Below, piece after piece: positions 37,537-50,391 of a stretch of 64,000 nt of DNA. The notes under the pieces were generated by a model. The model was not told where the DNA came from and searched no databases. It saw only the letters and a list, made by a program, of their open reading frames with translations. The DNA comes from Mobula hypostoma (Eukaryota): positions 31,312,001 through 31,376,000 of the forward strand of contig NC_086097.1 of the NCBI RefSeq assembly GCF_963921235.1. Reading direction: 5' to 3'. Position 1 is the first letter of the stretch. Every line of letters starts with the position of its first letter. The position numbers and the translations under genes were made by a program.

Positions 37537-38880
37537 AACACCAGAATTTCTGCAGATGCTGGAAATCTGGAGTAACACATAAAATGCTGGAGGATCTCAG
37601 CAAGTCAGGCAGCATCTATGGAAATGAATAAATGTCAACATTTTGGGCGAGACTGGAAAGGGGAAAGATGCCAGAGTAAAAAGGTGGAGGGAGGGGAGGG
37701 GTAGAGTTAGCTAGAAGATGATAGGTGAAGCCAGGCAGGTAGAAAAGGTAAAGGGCTGGAGAGAAAGGAATCTGATAGGAGAGGAGAGTGGACCATAGGA
37801 GAAAGGGAAGGAGACCCGGGGAGGTGATAGGCAGGTGAGAAGTGGTAAGAGGCCAGAGTGGCAAGGAACAGAAGAGGGGAAGGAAGAAAAATTGATATTC
37901 ATGCCATCAGGTTGGAGGCTACTCAAACGGAATACAAGGTTGTTGCTCCTCCACACTGAAGGTGGCCTCATCATGGCACAAGAGGCTGCCATGAACCAAC
38001 CTGTCAGAACTGGAATAGGAACTGAAATTAAAATGTCCTGCTTTTAGAGAATGGAGCAAAAGTGCTCAACGAAGGAGTCCCCCAATTTATGACAGGTCTC
38101 ACCAATGTAGAAGAGGCTACATCAGGAGCACCGGACACAATAGATGGCCCAAGTTGAGAGGTATTACTTGTGAAGGTTTGGAACATGGACCATTCTACAT
38201 AGCCAACAGAAAGCCAGACACAGCTGGGGCCCATGGCTACCCCTCCAGCCCGGAGAAAGTGCGGGATGAGGACCAATTCTGCCAGATGGAAGAAGGTGGT
38301 AGTGGAGGGGAACTGGTCTTTTTTTTTAATTGAAAAAGAAGCAGAGAGTTTTAAGTTTTTTTGATGGGGGATAGAAGTGTATAGGGTCGGGACATCCATG
38401 GTGAAAATGTGATGGTCAGAGCCAGGGAATTGAAAGTTACTAAGGAGATCAAGAGTAAGGGAAGTGTTGTGCATGTAGATGGAAAAGGATTGAACCAAGG
38501 GTCGAGGTATGAGGACATGAGTTCAGTGGGACAGGAGCAGGCACAGACAACTGGCCTACCTGGAGAGTCAAGTTTGTGGATCTTGGGTAGGAGGTAGAAG
38601 CGAGCAGTGTGCAGTAAGGGAACTTAAGAGTTTGTTGGCAGTGGATGGGAGTTCTCCAGAGCTTAAGGTTAGTGATGACGTCGGAGACAGTTTTCTGATG
38701 GTCCAGAATAGGGTCCTCTTCAAGGAAGGACCCTATGGAGATGTCTGAAAGTTGCTGTCTTGCCTCAGCAAAGAAGAGGTCAGCCTGCCACACTACAACA
38801 GCACCCCATTTGTCCGTGGTTTTGATGGCAAGGTTGGGATTGGTGCAGAGAAAGTGGAGGGCAGTGCTTTCACAGGGGGC
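37537..38880 (-). mobile_element. Penelope-like element with RT and GIY-YIG remnants
   Basis: IFTMDVPTLYTSIPHQ and GVAMG (RT); FRLSSLQPDGMNINFS (endonuclease end); Penelope terminus. Confidence 0.9.
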
Positions 38881-38984
38881 AGGGTTTGAAAAGGACAGTG
38901 GAGTGCTGAAGTCCTCTCACATACATACATCACATGCACAGCAAGGGAACAGGCCATCTGGCCCAAGCTGGTGTATAATCAAAG

Positions 38985-39550
38985 CCCAAACCATGTTTAT
39001 TGTTATATGCAGAAGTACATGTGTGCACAGGTGCAATGAAACACTTGCAGCAGCATCACAGACACATAACGTCAGATAAACAGCGTTCACAAGAAAAACA
39101 TCAAACATAAATTACACACCTTTGTTTACAGAACATTATTAGAACAAAAAAAACTAAGTCCATTTCAATATAACATAGTCAGGGTTCATCATGTTGTTAA
39201 ACTGTAATGATTATTGTTGTGCCAGTTGGCTCAAGAATTGAATGTTTAAAGAGAAGTAGCTGTCCCTGAACCTGGGGACTTCAGGCTTCTGTACCTGCTG
39301 CCCGATGGTAGCTGAGAGAAGATGGCATGGATCAGATGGTGGAGATCTTTGATAATAGATGCTGCCTTCTTGAGGCAGCACCTGCTGTAGATACCACAAA
39401 TGATGGGGTGGGATGTGCCCATGATATATTGGACTGAGTTCACTACTCTCTGAAGCTTCTTGTACTTGCTGTGCAATTGACTTGCTGTACCAGACCATGA
39501 GGCAACCAGTCAGGACACTTTCAACAGAACAGCTATGTAAATCTGTTAGA
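38985..39550 (-). mobile_element. Rex1/Babar-like 3' remnant
   Basis: CSVESVLTGCLMVWY and LKKAASIIKDLHHL..QLPSGSRYRSLK. Confidence 0.8.
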
Positions 39551-40548
39551 GTGCTGGACTGTTGTTTTGTGGCTGTTGTTTGTATTGTTGTGCTGAACAT
39601 TGTGGGCATGCTTTGTTGATGCCAGAAATAGGTGGCGACATATGTGGGCTGCTCCCAGCATATCCTTAGGTTGTGTTAGTTGCTAACACGAACAACACAT
39701 TTCACTGTACATTTCGATGTACGTTTAATAAATAAATGAATCTGGATGGTGGTGGTTGAAGTGGAGGGAGATACAAGAAAAGGAAATCATAGTCTCCAAG
39801 TTCACAAACCACAGGGACATTATCCTATGCAATCTGAGCCACAGGCTTAATCAATTCAAAAATGAAAGCTATCATAGCAACATTAGTGTTGCAGCAATGG
39901 GTCCTCAAATACAACATCATCAATTTAGCAAGTGAACATTGCTGCCTGGCTCCAGGCCAGGCTCTGTATGCATGTATAATTAAAAGAGATGATCCCATGG
40001 GCTCGCAAGTCTGGAACAGGATGAGTCAGTGAAGAGTGGTGGTGGCGGGGTGGAGGACAGGAGAATTGAAAGAAGAAACAAAAGATATTACTGTCTTGCA
40101 GATCCCAGACAAAAGCAGTACAGAGTCCAGATTGTGAGTGTTAAATAAGACAGAGGATGAGTGTGCTTGAGAATGTCCTACAGACATACAGACGATGAGA
40201 CACTTGTCCTGGGAGTCAGGGATGAGTAGTGCGGATGACAAATGCGTGGGCAGTTTTTGTGCTGGACTTCAAAGAAGCTTCCCTAACGACACCTGTTGGC
40301 AACGAGGGAAACGGGTGACTGAGCGCTGAACCCAGACCGATGTCCCATCCTGGCTTTGGCTGACTCATTAATGGGAATGACTCATGCTTCTAGAGACGCA
40401 CTGGAAACCTTTCATGCATTATTGTCAACGTGACTGAATGGGAGTGGGAGACAAGCAGCCCGCCTCAGTTTTGTCCTTTCCATCAACTCCACTCTCCTTT
40501 AAGTCGCAGACACAAATCAAAGAGAAACCCCACCATTTCCACATACAG

Positions 40549-40551
<3 letters not shown>

Positions 40552-40612
<61 letters not shown>

Positions 40613-40722
40613 TGTGAGTGTGAGTGTGTGTGTGAGTGTGAGAGTGTGAGTGTGAGTGTGTGAGTGTGAGTGTGAGTGTGTGAGTGTGAGTGTGAGTGTG
40701 AGAGAGAGAGAGAGAGAGAGAG
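40552..40722. repeat. Compound microsatellite (GT)n-(GAGTGT)n-(GA)n
   Basis: Directly visible, about 170 bp. Confidence 0.98.
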
Positions 40723-42074
40723 AAAAAGGGGTTTGCTTTGCTGTTGCTATCTTGTTCTGCTGAACATGGTGGGCATGCTATTTTGGCGCTGGAATGTGTG
40801 CCGACTGTATTGTTACGTTCAACATTCCAAGCCACTTGTGGGCTGCCCCCAGGGCACCCTTGGGTGTTGGTTGTTAATGCCAGCACACATTTTGCAAATG
40901 TACATTTTTCGATGTACATGAGATAAATAAATCTGTGTCTAATCTGAACTTATTTCCACCAATGTGGAAAGCAGGTTCTGCCTCAGCTCATGCAGCATTC
41001 AAGTCTGAGTTGCAGCCTGGCACTGAACCAGTCTGAACAGTAGGAATAGGTGTGTAAGTGGGCAGCAAAACACAGGGTTCACATTCCACAGCGTTCACCC
41101 ACTAAGTCAAGTACTACTCAAGAGCCAGCGACTACAGTGGGCAGTGGGAAAGTTGCAATGCATCAGCTTAGAGTCAGGAATGTTATACAGGAACCTAACC
41201 ACAGAATTCATCATTGCTCATGATCAAAAATTTACAGGTAAATGGAGAGACTGTATTTCTACCTGTTAATTAGTAAGAAGCAGAAATCAAAACCAAAGCA
41301 AAAATGACCAAGTTAGAGACAATTTTTCCAGTTACAGACCTGTAAATAGAATGTATAAACATTTGAAAATTAAGAAACTCAATGAGGTAAAGTAGAAAAC
41401 AATAACACAAAAGTCACCAGAAACAGCAACACACGTCACTAACACTCCCTGACCTTTGCCAAAGTGAAGTTCAGTTCAACAAGCAGAACAATAATTTTCG
41501 TTTTGAGAGTTTCAGAAGAGTAAAAATATCCCAAAATGCTTCAAAGGAATATTATAGGATGAATTTGGAAATTGAGCCACCGGGTTGTGTTCGGAAAGCT
41601 AATCTGAAATCTGAAGTTAGAGAAATTATATTACTTTACAAGAATCTACGATAGAACCATACACAGAGTGGTTGAACAGGATTTAGGGTGAAGAATTTTG
41701 AATGACCTAAAGTTTAAAAAGAGAACATGAAGTTCTGCCAGGGATGTTCAAAATTCAAAGCAAATTTATTTTTATCAAAGTATGCATATGTTATCATATA
41801 CTAGCCTGAGATTTAATTTCTTGCAGGAATTTACAGGCAAAAGGAAATACAATAGAATATGACAAAGCTATACATAAACAAAAACTCATAAATATCAATG
41901 TGCAAAAGACAAACTGTGCAAATAAAAACAATATCGAGAACCTGAGTTGTAAACAGTCCCTGAAATTGAGTATGTAGATCATAGAATCAGGTTACAGTCG
42001 TGGAGAGTGAAGTTATCCCCATGGGTTTAAAAGCTAGCAACTAATATCAAAGGAAATAATAAAAGATCCACTAT

Positions 42075-42398
42075 TTTTGCGGATAGTCAGAGGCTTTTTC
42101 CCCAGGGCTGAAATGGCTAGCACAAGAGGGCACAGTTTTAAGGTTCTTGGAAGTAGGTACGGAGGAGATATCAGGGGTTTGTATGCAGTGAGTGGTAAGT
42201 GCGTGGAATGGGCTGCCAGTGACAGTGGTGGAAATGGATATGATAGGGTCTTTTAAGAGACTCCTGGACAGGTATATGGAGCTCAGAAAAATAGAGGGCT
42301 ACGGGTAACCTTAGGTAATTGCTCAGGTAAAGACATGTTCAGCACAGCTTTGTGGGCTGAAGGGCCTGTATTGTACTGTAGGTTTTTCTATGTTTCTA
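42075..42398 (+). mobile_element. CR1 3' end (same subfamily as 17015-17752)
   Basis: Close match from GGATAGTCAGAGGCTTTTTCCC through the tail. Confidence 0.92.
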
Positions 42399-43554
42399 AT
42401 GTAGAGGGATGTGGACAGTCGATGATTCAGGTTGTGACCCTTCATCTGGGCTGAAAGAGCAAAGGGGAATGGGAAAGGCAAGAGTGTTTATTGGCAGCTC
42501 ACACTTCACTAACGTGCTGTCTGTACTCAAGTGACATGGAAAGCTCCAATCCTCCCCGTTGCATTTAGATTCAGATCTAGTTATTTATCGAAACATACAG
42601 TGAAATGCATTGTTTGTGTTAATAACCAACACAACACAAGGATGTGCTGGGGGTAGCCTGCAAGTGTCACCACACATTCCAGTGTCAACATAACATGCCT
42701 ACAATGTTTAGCAGAACAACGCAAGCAACAACATAACAGAAACAAAACAACAGCAGCAAAACAAACCCCATTCCTCCCTCCCACACACACCCAGGACAAG
42801 CACTTCTGGGCTTCCTGTCCCGGGCCACACTCGCAGACATCCAGACTGGCCAACTTCAGTCTTCAACTTTGGATATCGATCCCAGGATTCCAATTGTGGG
42901 GTTATGAGCTACAGGCCTCTGATCCCGGGACTCGCTGACGGGGGCAGGTCATCTCTAGACCAGACTCTCTGATATCAGGGGTTCCAATTTCCAGATGTGC
43001 CAATCCATGTAGAGTTTCCAAAACTAACACAATCAGACTGGTGCCTACATCGCTCTATGTCATTATCTCCCTGACTTAGAACATACAATGGGTTGTACAG
43101 CCTCAGTGAGGTTCATTTCTCACACAAGGTTCTCACTTCAAAATCTACAGAAGAGAAAATCCAAGACTTTTTGAAGCCTTCACATCCTGGGAATAGTTTG
43201 TGTGTATTGCTCTTTGAAGAGGAACCAGTACACCAAGTAACTGCCTCCAAACATGGAGGGGCACCATGGAATGCTTCTGAAGTTAGAACTAAGGTCCAGA
43301 CATAAACTGGGTGGAACTAAAGGTAAAGCTCCTTTGGGATTTGGCTACTTAGGCTGCATCCACGTTCCACCTACTGGTGCCAGTTCTGTCCTTAACCGGT
43401 TGTTTATAATATGAAACTTGTTTTGCAGCAGCAGTACAGTGCAAAGATAAAGATTACTGTACTATAAATTACAATAGTGCAAACAATTTCAATAACGAGG
43501 TAGCTCATAAACCATTCTGAAATCTGATGGCCGTGAGAAAGCAGCTTTTTTTAA

Positions 43555-43916
43555 ATTTAGCAATACAGCATGGTAACAGGACCTTCTAGCTTAACAAGCC
43601 CACACCACCCAATTACACCCATGTGACCAATGCACCTAACCCATGTGTGTTTGGAAAAGCAACCAAAGCACCAGATAAAACCTGAGCAGTCACAGGGAGA
43701 ACAGACAACTTCTTTCAGACAGCGGCAGAATTGAACCTGGGTTGCTTGACGAAGGGTCTCGGCCTGAAACGTCGACTGCGCCTCTTCCTATAGATGCTGC
43801 CTGGCCTGCTGCGTTCACCAGTAACTTTGATGTGTGTTGCTTGAATTTCCAGCATCTGCAGAATTCCTGTTGTTTGCTTGTGCTTTAATAGTTTTACATT
43901 AATTGCTACACTACCC
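43555..43916 (-). mobile_element. V-SINE interrupted by a Penelope terminus (+, about 43747-43875)
   Basis: The SINE head is split at TTGCTTG (43742-43748 and 43874-43880). Confidence 0.8.
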
Positions 43917-44039
43917 TGGCTGCTCTAGCTGCTCCTAAATCACTGAAAGTGGCTCTTCAAGCTCCTGTACCACCACCCAGGTGGCAGTAATGAAAAGAGG
44001 TAATGTCCCAGACGGTGAGGGTCCTGAGTGATGGATGCT

Positions 44040-44712
44040 GACTTGATAGAGGTACACAAAATTGTGAGCAGTATAAATAGGGTAAATGCAAGCAGACATT
44101 TTTCCCCCACTGAGGTTGGGTGAGACTAGAACTAGAGGCCATAGGTTAAAGGCTAAAGATGAAATGTTTAAGGGGAACTCCTTCACTCACAGGGTGGTGC
44201 AAGTGTGGAACAAGCCTCCAGAAAGGTGGCATCCATTAAGGACCCCCATCACCCAGGAAACGCCCTCTTCTCACTTTACCGTCAGGGAAGGAGGTACAGA
44301 CTCAGTGATTCAGGAACCGCTTCTTCCTCTCTTCCATCTGATTCCTAAATGGACATTGGACCCATGAACACTACCTAACATTTTTTAATATATTATTTCT
44401 GTATTTATACTATTTTTAATTTAATTATTTAATACATGTACTTACCGAAATTGATTTAATTATTTTCTTTCTATATTATCATGTATTGCATTGTACTGCT
44501 GCCGCTCAGTTAACAAACTTCACAACATATGGCGGTGATACTAAATCCGATCTTGATTTGATTGAAACATTTAAGAGAAGTTTGGATTAATACATGAATG
44601 GTAGAGTATGGTCCAAGTGTGGCTCAACAGGACTAGACAGAATAATAGTTTGGCATGGACTAGATGGGCCAAAGGGCCTGTTTCTGTGCTGTATTTCTCT
44701 ATGATTCTATGT
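44040..44712 (+). mobile_element. CR1 3' fragment with a nested Rex1/Babar-like 3' end (about 44225-44560)
   Basis: GETRTRGHRLK..THRVVQVWN; the CR1 3' UTR resumes near 44560. Confidence 0.75.
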
Positions 44713-45696
44713 ATTTTACCTGAAACTGTTGAATTCTAAATTGTATGCAATTTCACTCTGTATTGCCTTCCACTCACCCTAGCCGGAGATGTGCAAGTGA
44801 GGTCAACTGCTGGCACAGCAACTGTTAACCTTAGTAGTATGAAAGCCAAGGCTTGCAAGCAAACAGCCAGCTGGGTAAAAGTAACTGTAGGATGGGGAGC
44901 AGATGCTTGTGGAACTACGCCTTAAGCAAGCAATCGCTCCTTTCAGAAGAGAAATGAAGATTAGTGTGAAAAAAAATGATGTAAAACAAAACTCTCAGCT
45001 TAAAGCTATGATATTTAATTCATGGGCTTAACACAGAGATCTGCAGTAACTAGGTCACACCAGCTTACTGATTTCTGCTGCCGAATACTTCACTTCACTG
45101 CTCCCCACCTTTACTTGCTGTCTGCTTGGAACAATTCAAGTATATACCACCCAGAACCAGGCCATGGTGCTCCAGGCACTGGGCAAATGTCAAAGATACA
45201 TTGCCCACAAATCACTTTCTAGAACTCTTTACAACTCATCTTCTCAGTATCATATTTTTTATTTGCACAGTTTGTCTTCTTTTGTACATTGGTTGTTTGT
45301 CAGTTTTTGTCTGTTTAAGTATAGTTTTTTCATAAATTCTATTGTATTTTTCTTGTACATCCTTGCAATAAAATGAATCTCAAGGCAGTATATGGTAACA
45401 TGCATGCACTTAAGGACAATTTAAACAACAATAATTCAAGCCATCTTAAAAGCATCTTCCCTCAGGCAGTTAGTCTAATAGAACACAAGATAGTGGAGCA
45501 GAATTTGGCCAATCAGCCCATCGACTCCATCATGTCACTGCACTGCAAACACTTTAAACCACGCTTTTATAATGCTGTTTACTTTGTAATTACATGCTGG
45601 TGTTGATGTGTGAATGCACATTTTATTCCATACCTATACCTCAACCTCAATTTATTTTTGTATAATTATTGAATGCTATTGTTTTTGTTGCATGTT

Positions 45697-47895
45697 AACA
45701 TAAGAACATAAGAATAAGAGCAGGAGTAGGCTATCCGGCCCATCAAGCCTGCCCCGCCATTCAATAAGATCATGGCTGATCTGTCCGTAAACTCAGCTCC
45801 ATCTACCTGCCTTTTTCCCCATAACCCTTAATTCCCTTACTATGTAAAAACCTATCTAACTGTATCTTAAATATATTTAGTGAAGAAGCCTCAACTGCTT
45901 CCCTGGGCAGAGAATTCCACAGATTCACAACTCTCTGGGAAAAACAGTTTCCCCTCATCTCCATCCTAAATCTTCTCCCCTGAATCTTGAGGCAGTGTCC
46001 CCTGGTTCTAGTCTCACCTACCAATGGAAGCAACTTTCCTACTTCTATCTTATCTATCTCTTTCAAAATTTTGTATGTTTCTATAAGATTCCCTCTCGTT
46101 CTTCTGAACTCCAGAGGGTATAGTCCCAGGCGGCTCAATCACTCCTCATAGTTTAACCCCTTCATCCCTGGAATCAACCTGGTGAACCTCCTCTGCACTG
46201 CCTCCAAAGCCAGTATATCCTTCCTCAAGTATGGAGACCAGAACTGCACACAGTACTCCAGGTGCGGCCTTACCAGTACCCTGTATAGTTGCAGCATGAT
46301 CTCCCTGCTCTTGAATTCAATCCCTCGAGCAATGAAGGCCAACATTCTGTTTGCCTTCTTAATAACCTGTTGTACCTGCAAGCCAACCTTTTGCGATTTA
46401 TGCACAAGCACTCCCAAGTCCCTCTGCACAACAGCATGCTGCAATCTTTCACCAGTTAAATAATAATCCACTCTTCTATTATTCCTTTCAAAGTGGATAA
46501 TCTCGCATTTACCAATGTCGGCCCACTCACTTAATCTATCTATATCTCTCTGCAGACTCTCTACATCCCCTGTACAATTTGCTTTTCCACTCAGCTTCAT
46601 GTCATCGGCAAACTTTGCTATGCTACATTCAGTCCCCTCTTTCAAATCAATGTAAATGGTAAACAGCTGCGGGCCCAGCATCAGCCCCTGCGGAACCCCA
46701 CCCACCACTGACTGCCAACCGGAGAAACACCCATTTATACCAATTCTCTGCCAACTCTACCAACTCTATTCATGCATCCCTATCTTATTTATAAGTCTCT
46801 TGTGCGGCACATTATAGAACACCTTCTGGAAATCCAAGTTTACAACACCCACCTATTCCCCTCTCTGGAACTCATGTCCTCAAGGCACTCCAGTAAGTTT
46901 GTCAAACAGGACCTGCTCTTTCTGAATCCATGCTGCATTTGTCTAATGGAACCACTCCTTTCTAATCTTGGTTGGGGCAACTGTAACGAAAATCAATTTC
47001 CCTCGGGATCAATAAAGTATGACTATGACAATGACTATGACTATGACTAAATCAGTGGTTCCGCAACCTCCAGGCCGCGGACTGATACATTGCCGCGAAG
47101 AATGCAATGGTGCAGCAGTAGTCAGAACGTACCCAGCCCATCTTGAAGAAAAAAGCCGAAATAAGTAAGCTAATTAGATAGGTGCCGCCCAGCACGTAAA
47201 TGTCCACCCAGATCAGAGGTGACGCAATCAGCAATTGCCTCCAATCTGGGCCGACATTTACGTGCCGAGCAGTACCTAATTAATTAGCTTGCTTATTTCG
47301 GCTTTTCTCTTAAAGATGTGCTGGGTGCATTCTGGCTACCACTGTACCGCTGCATTCTTCGTGGCAATGTATCGGTCCGTGGCCCAGAGGTTGGGGACCA
47401 CTGTTCTAAATGTTTCGCTATTTCTTCCTTAATGACAGCTACAAGCATTTTCCCAACTACAGATGTTAAGCTAACTGGCCTATAGTTGCCCATCTTTTGC
47501 TTACATCCTTTTTTTAAAAGGTGGCGTGACATTTGCTGTCTTCCAGTCCGCTGGGACCTGCCCAGAGTCTAGAGAGTTTTGATAAATGATTACCAATGCG
47601 TCTACTATAACCTCCACCAATTCCCTCAGCACCCTGGGATGCATCCCATCAGGACCTGGAGACTTATCTGCCTTCAGGTCCTCTAGATTGCTCATCACTA
47701 TCTGTTTAGTGATAGTGATTTTATTGGGGTCCTCACCTCCCATTTCGTGTATACCATCCTTCTTTGGTATGTTAGACATGTCCTCCACCGTGAAGACCTA
47801 CACAAAATAGTTGTTCAATGCCTCAGCCATTTCCTTATCACCCAGTATCAATTTCCCCTTCTCGCCTTCCAAGAGACCTACATTGACTTTAGCCT
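45697..47895 (-). mobile_element. CR1 LINE, 5'-truncated, with nested inserts
   Basis: ORFs 47501-47788, 47293-47532, 46139-46708 (GVPQG, FADD) and 45803-46138. Confidence 0.95.
47053..47403. mobile_element. hAT-like fold-back MITE
   Basis: TIRs CAGTGGTTCCGCAACC and GGTTGGGGACCACTG; 8-bp site TTCTAAAT at 47404-47411 (left copy interrupted); arms complementary over about 170 bp. Confidence 0.88.
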
Positions 47896-49549
47896 TTAGC
47901 ATGCAAGTGGAGACGGTGAATAAAGTCGGTCTTTGATCCTTTGATAATAATACTTCGAACTTTCAACTTCTGAGTATAATCTTGTGGAAAAAACTACTTA
48001 GTGGCTGGAAAGTACTTAGTTATCTGCAACACTGACTGCTATACACAAAAAGTAATTCTCTTTCTGGCATTTACTCAGTGGTTCCAACTATTGGACCCTG
48101 ACTACTTTGCCTTGGATTGATTTCAATAGAATTAAAAGATAAATAGCCATCATCGCAGCGGCCATCATCGGAGTGTACATAGTCAGGAAGGTGATCTTGG
48201 GGCTTTAGCTTTCTGAGGTTTCCGGGAGGAGAGGCTTCAGTCAGAGAAAGCAAAGGAAAGAAAAGCTGAAGTTTTTTTCCTTTATATCTGCTCAGCTAGG
48301 ACAGTAGAAATGCCAGGCAGGATGGCAGGGAGACCTCCAGTGTCGCTGACGACTACAACTGCGAGAAGTGCATCCAGCTGCAGTTTCTAACAAACCACGT
48401 TAAGGAGTTGAGGCTGGAACTCGATGAATTCCGTACCATTCAGGAGGCTGAGGGGGTGAGAGATAGAACACATAGAGAGATAGTTACATCCAAGGTGCAG
48501 GACACAGAACTCCAGACAGAAATCTGGCACATCTGGAAATTGGATCCCCTGATGTGGCCTACAAATCACAATGGGAAATAGCAAATACATGCCAAAAGAG
48601 CACTGTTACAATAGTCATGGGAGGACCGATAGGTAGGTAGACCGGGAAAAATCAGGTTGGTGCTGGATTACAGGAGGGGTTATTTCTGGAGTGTCTATGA
48701 GATGGCTTTTTAGAGCAGCTTGCAGTTGAGCCAACTAGGGAATCAGCTATTTCTGGAAGCAATTTGGAAGGCACAGGATATATACATCACAAAGAGGAAG
48801 TAGTGTTCTAAAGGAAAGATGACACAACTGTAGCAAACAGGAGAAGTCAAAGCCAAAGAGAGGGCATATAATAGAGCAAAAATTAGTGGGAAGTTAGAGG
48901 ATTAGGACGCTTTTAAAAACCAACAGAAAGCAACTAAAAAAGTCATTAAGGAAAAAATGGAATACGAAAATAGCTAGCCAATAATATTAAAGAGGATACC
49001 AAAAGCTTCTTCAGATACATAACGTGTAAAAGAGAGGTGAGGGTGGATATCGGACCACTGGAAAACAATGTTGGAGATGGTAGTAATGGAGGGCAACAAA
49101 ATTGTGGACAAACTGAAGAAGTATTTTGCATCAGCCTTCACTGTGGAAGGCACGAGCAGTATGGTAGAAGTTCCAGATGTCAGGGGCATGATGTGTGTGA
49201 AGTTACCATAACTGGACAGAAGGTCCTTGGGCATAAAGGAAACTATAGGCCAGTTAGTCTGTTAATCTTATCTCAGAGGTTGGGAAGATTGGAGTCAACT
49301 ATTAAGGATGAGGTCTCAGGGTACTTGGAAGCACATGATAATAGGCCATAGTAAGCATGGTTTCCTCAAGGGAAAATCTTGCCTGATAAATCTATTGGAA
49401 TTCTTTGAAGAAATAACAAGCAGGATAGAGAAAGGAGAATCAGTTGTTGTGTATTTGAATTTTCAGAAGGCCTTTAACAAGGTGCTGCACACGAGGCCGC
49501 TTAAGAAGCTACAAGCTCATGGTATTACAGAAGAGATTCTAGCATGGAT

Positions 49550-49809
49550 TCCCTATGCGACTCCCTTGTCTATTTGTCCCCTCCCACTGATCTCCCTCCA
49601 TGTACTTATCCTTGCAAGTGGAACAAGTGCTACACCTGCCCCTACACCACCTCCTAAACTACAATTCAGGGCTTTGTGTTCCTTCTTCCCCTCCCTCCAC
49701 CTCTTTTTTTCTCTAGTCCTGATGAATGGTCTCGGCCCGAAATGTCGACTGTACTCTTTTTCACAGATGCTGACTGGCCTGCTGAGTTCCCCCGCATTCT
49801 GTGTGTGTT
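49550..49809 (+). mobile_element. Penelope fragment with hammerhead motif and 8-bp TSD
   Basis: TSD GCATGGAT at 49542-49549 and 49810-49817; AGTC-CTGATGA-ATGGTCTCGGCCC-GAAA-TGTC-GACT at 49715-49750. Confidence 0.88.
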
Positions 49810-50391
49810 GCATGGATAAAGCAGTGACTGACTGGCACCAGGCAAAGAGTGGGAATAAAGGGAGCCTTTTCTGACTGACTGTCAGTGACTAGTGGTGTTC
49901 CACAGGGGTCTGTGTTGGGGCCAATTCTTTTTTTTGTTATACGCCAATGACTTGGATGATGGAATTGGTGGCTTTGTTGCAAAGTTTGCAGACGATATGA
50001 AGACAGATGAAGGGGCAGGTAGCTCTGAGGAAGTAGAAAAGCTACAGAAGGACTTAGACAGATTAGGAGAATGAGCAAAGAAGGGGCAGGTGGAATACAG
50101 TGTCAGGAAGTGTATGTTCATGCACTTTGGTAGAAGAAATAAAAGGAGAGAAATGGAGAGAAAATACAAAAACCAGAGGCGCAAAGGGATTTCAGGGTCC
50201 TCGCGCAGGATTCCCTAAAGGTTAATTTGCAATTTGAATCTGTGGTAAGGAAGGCAAATGCAATGTTAGTATTCATTTCAAAAGGACTAAAATATAAAAC
50301 TAAGGATGTAATGTTGAAACTTTATAAAGCACTGGTGAGACCTCAGTTAGAATATTGTCAGCAGTTTTGGGCCCCTTATCTCAGAAAGGTT

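Noticed and set aside
40425..40919. 164-aa His/Thr-rich ORF and overlapping Cys/Val-rich ORFs
   Set aside because: Translations of the microsatellite.
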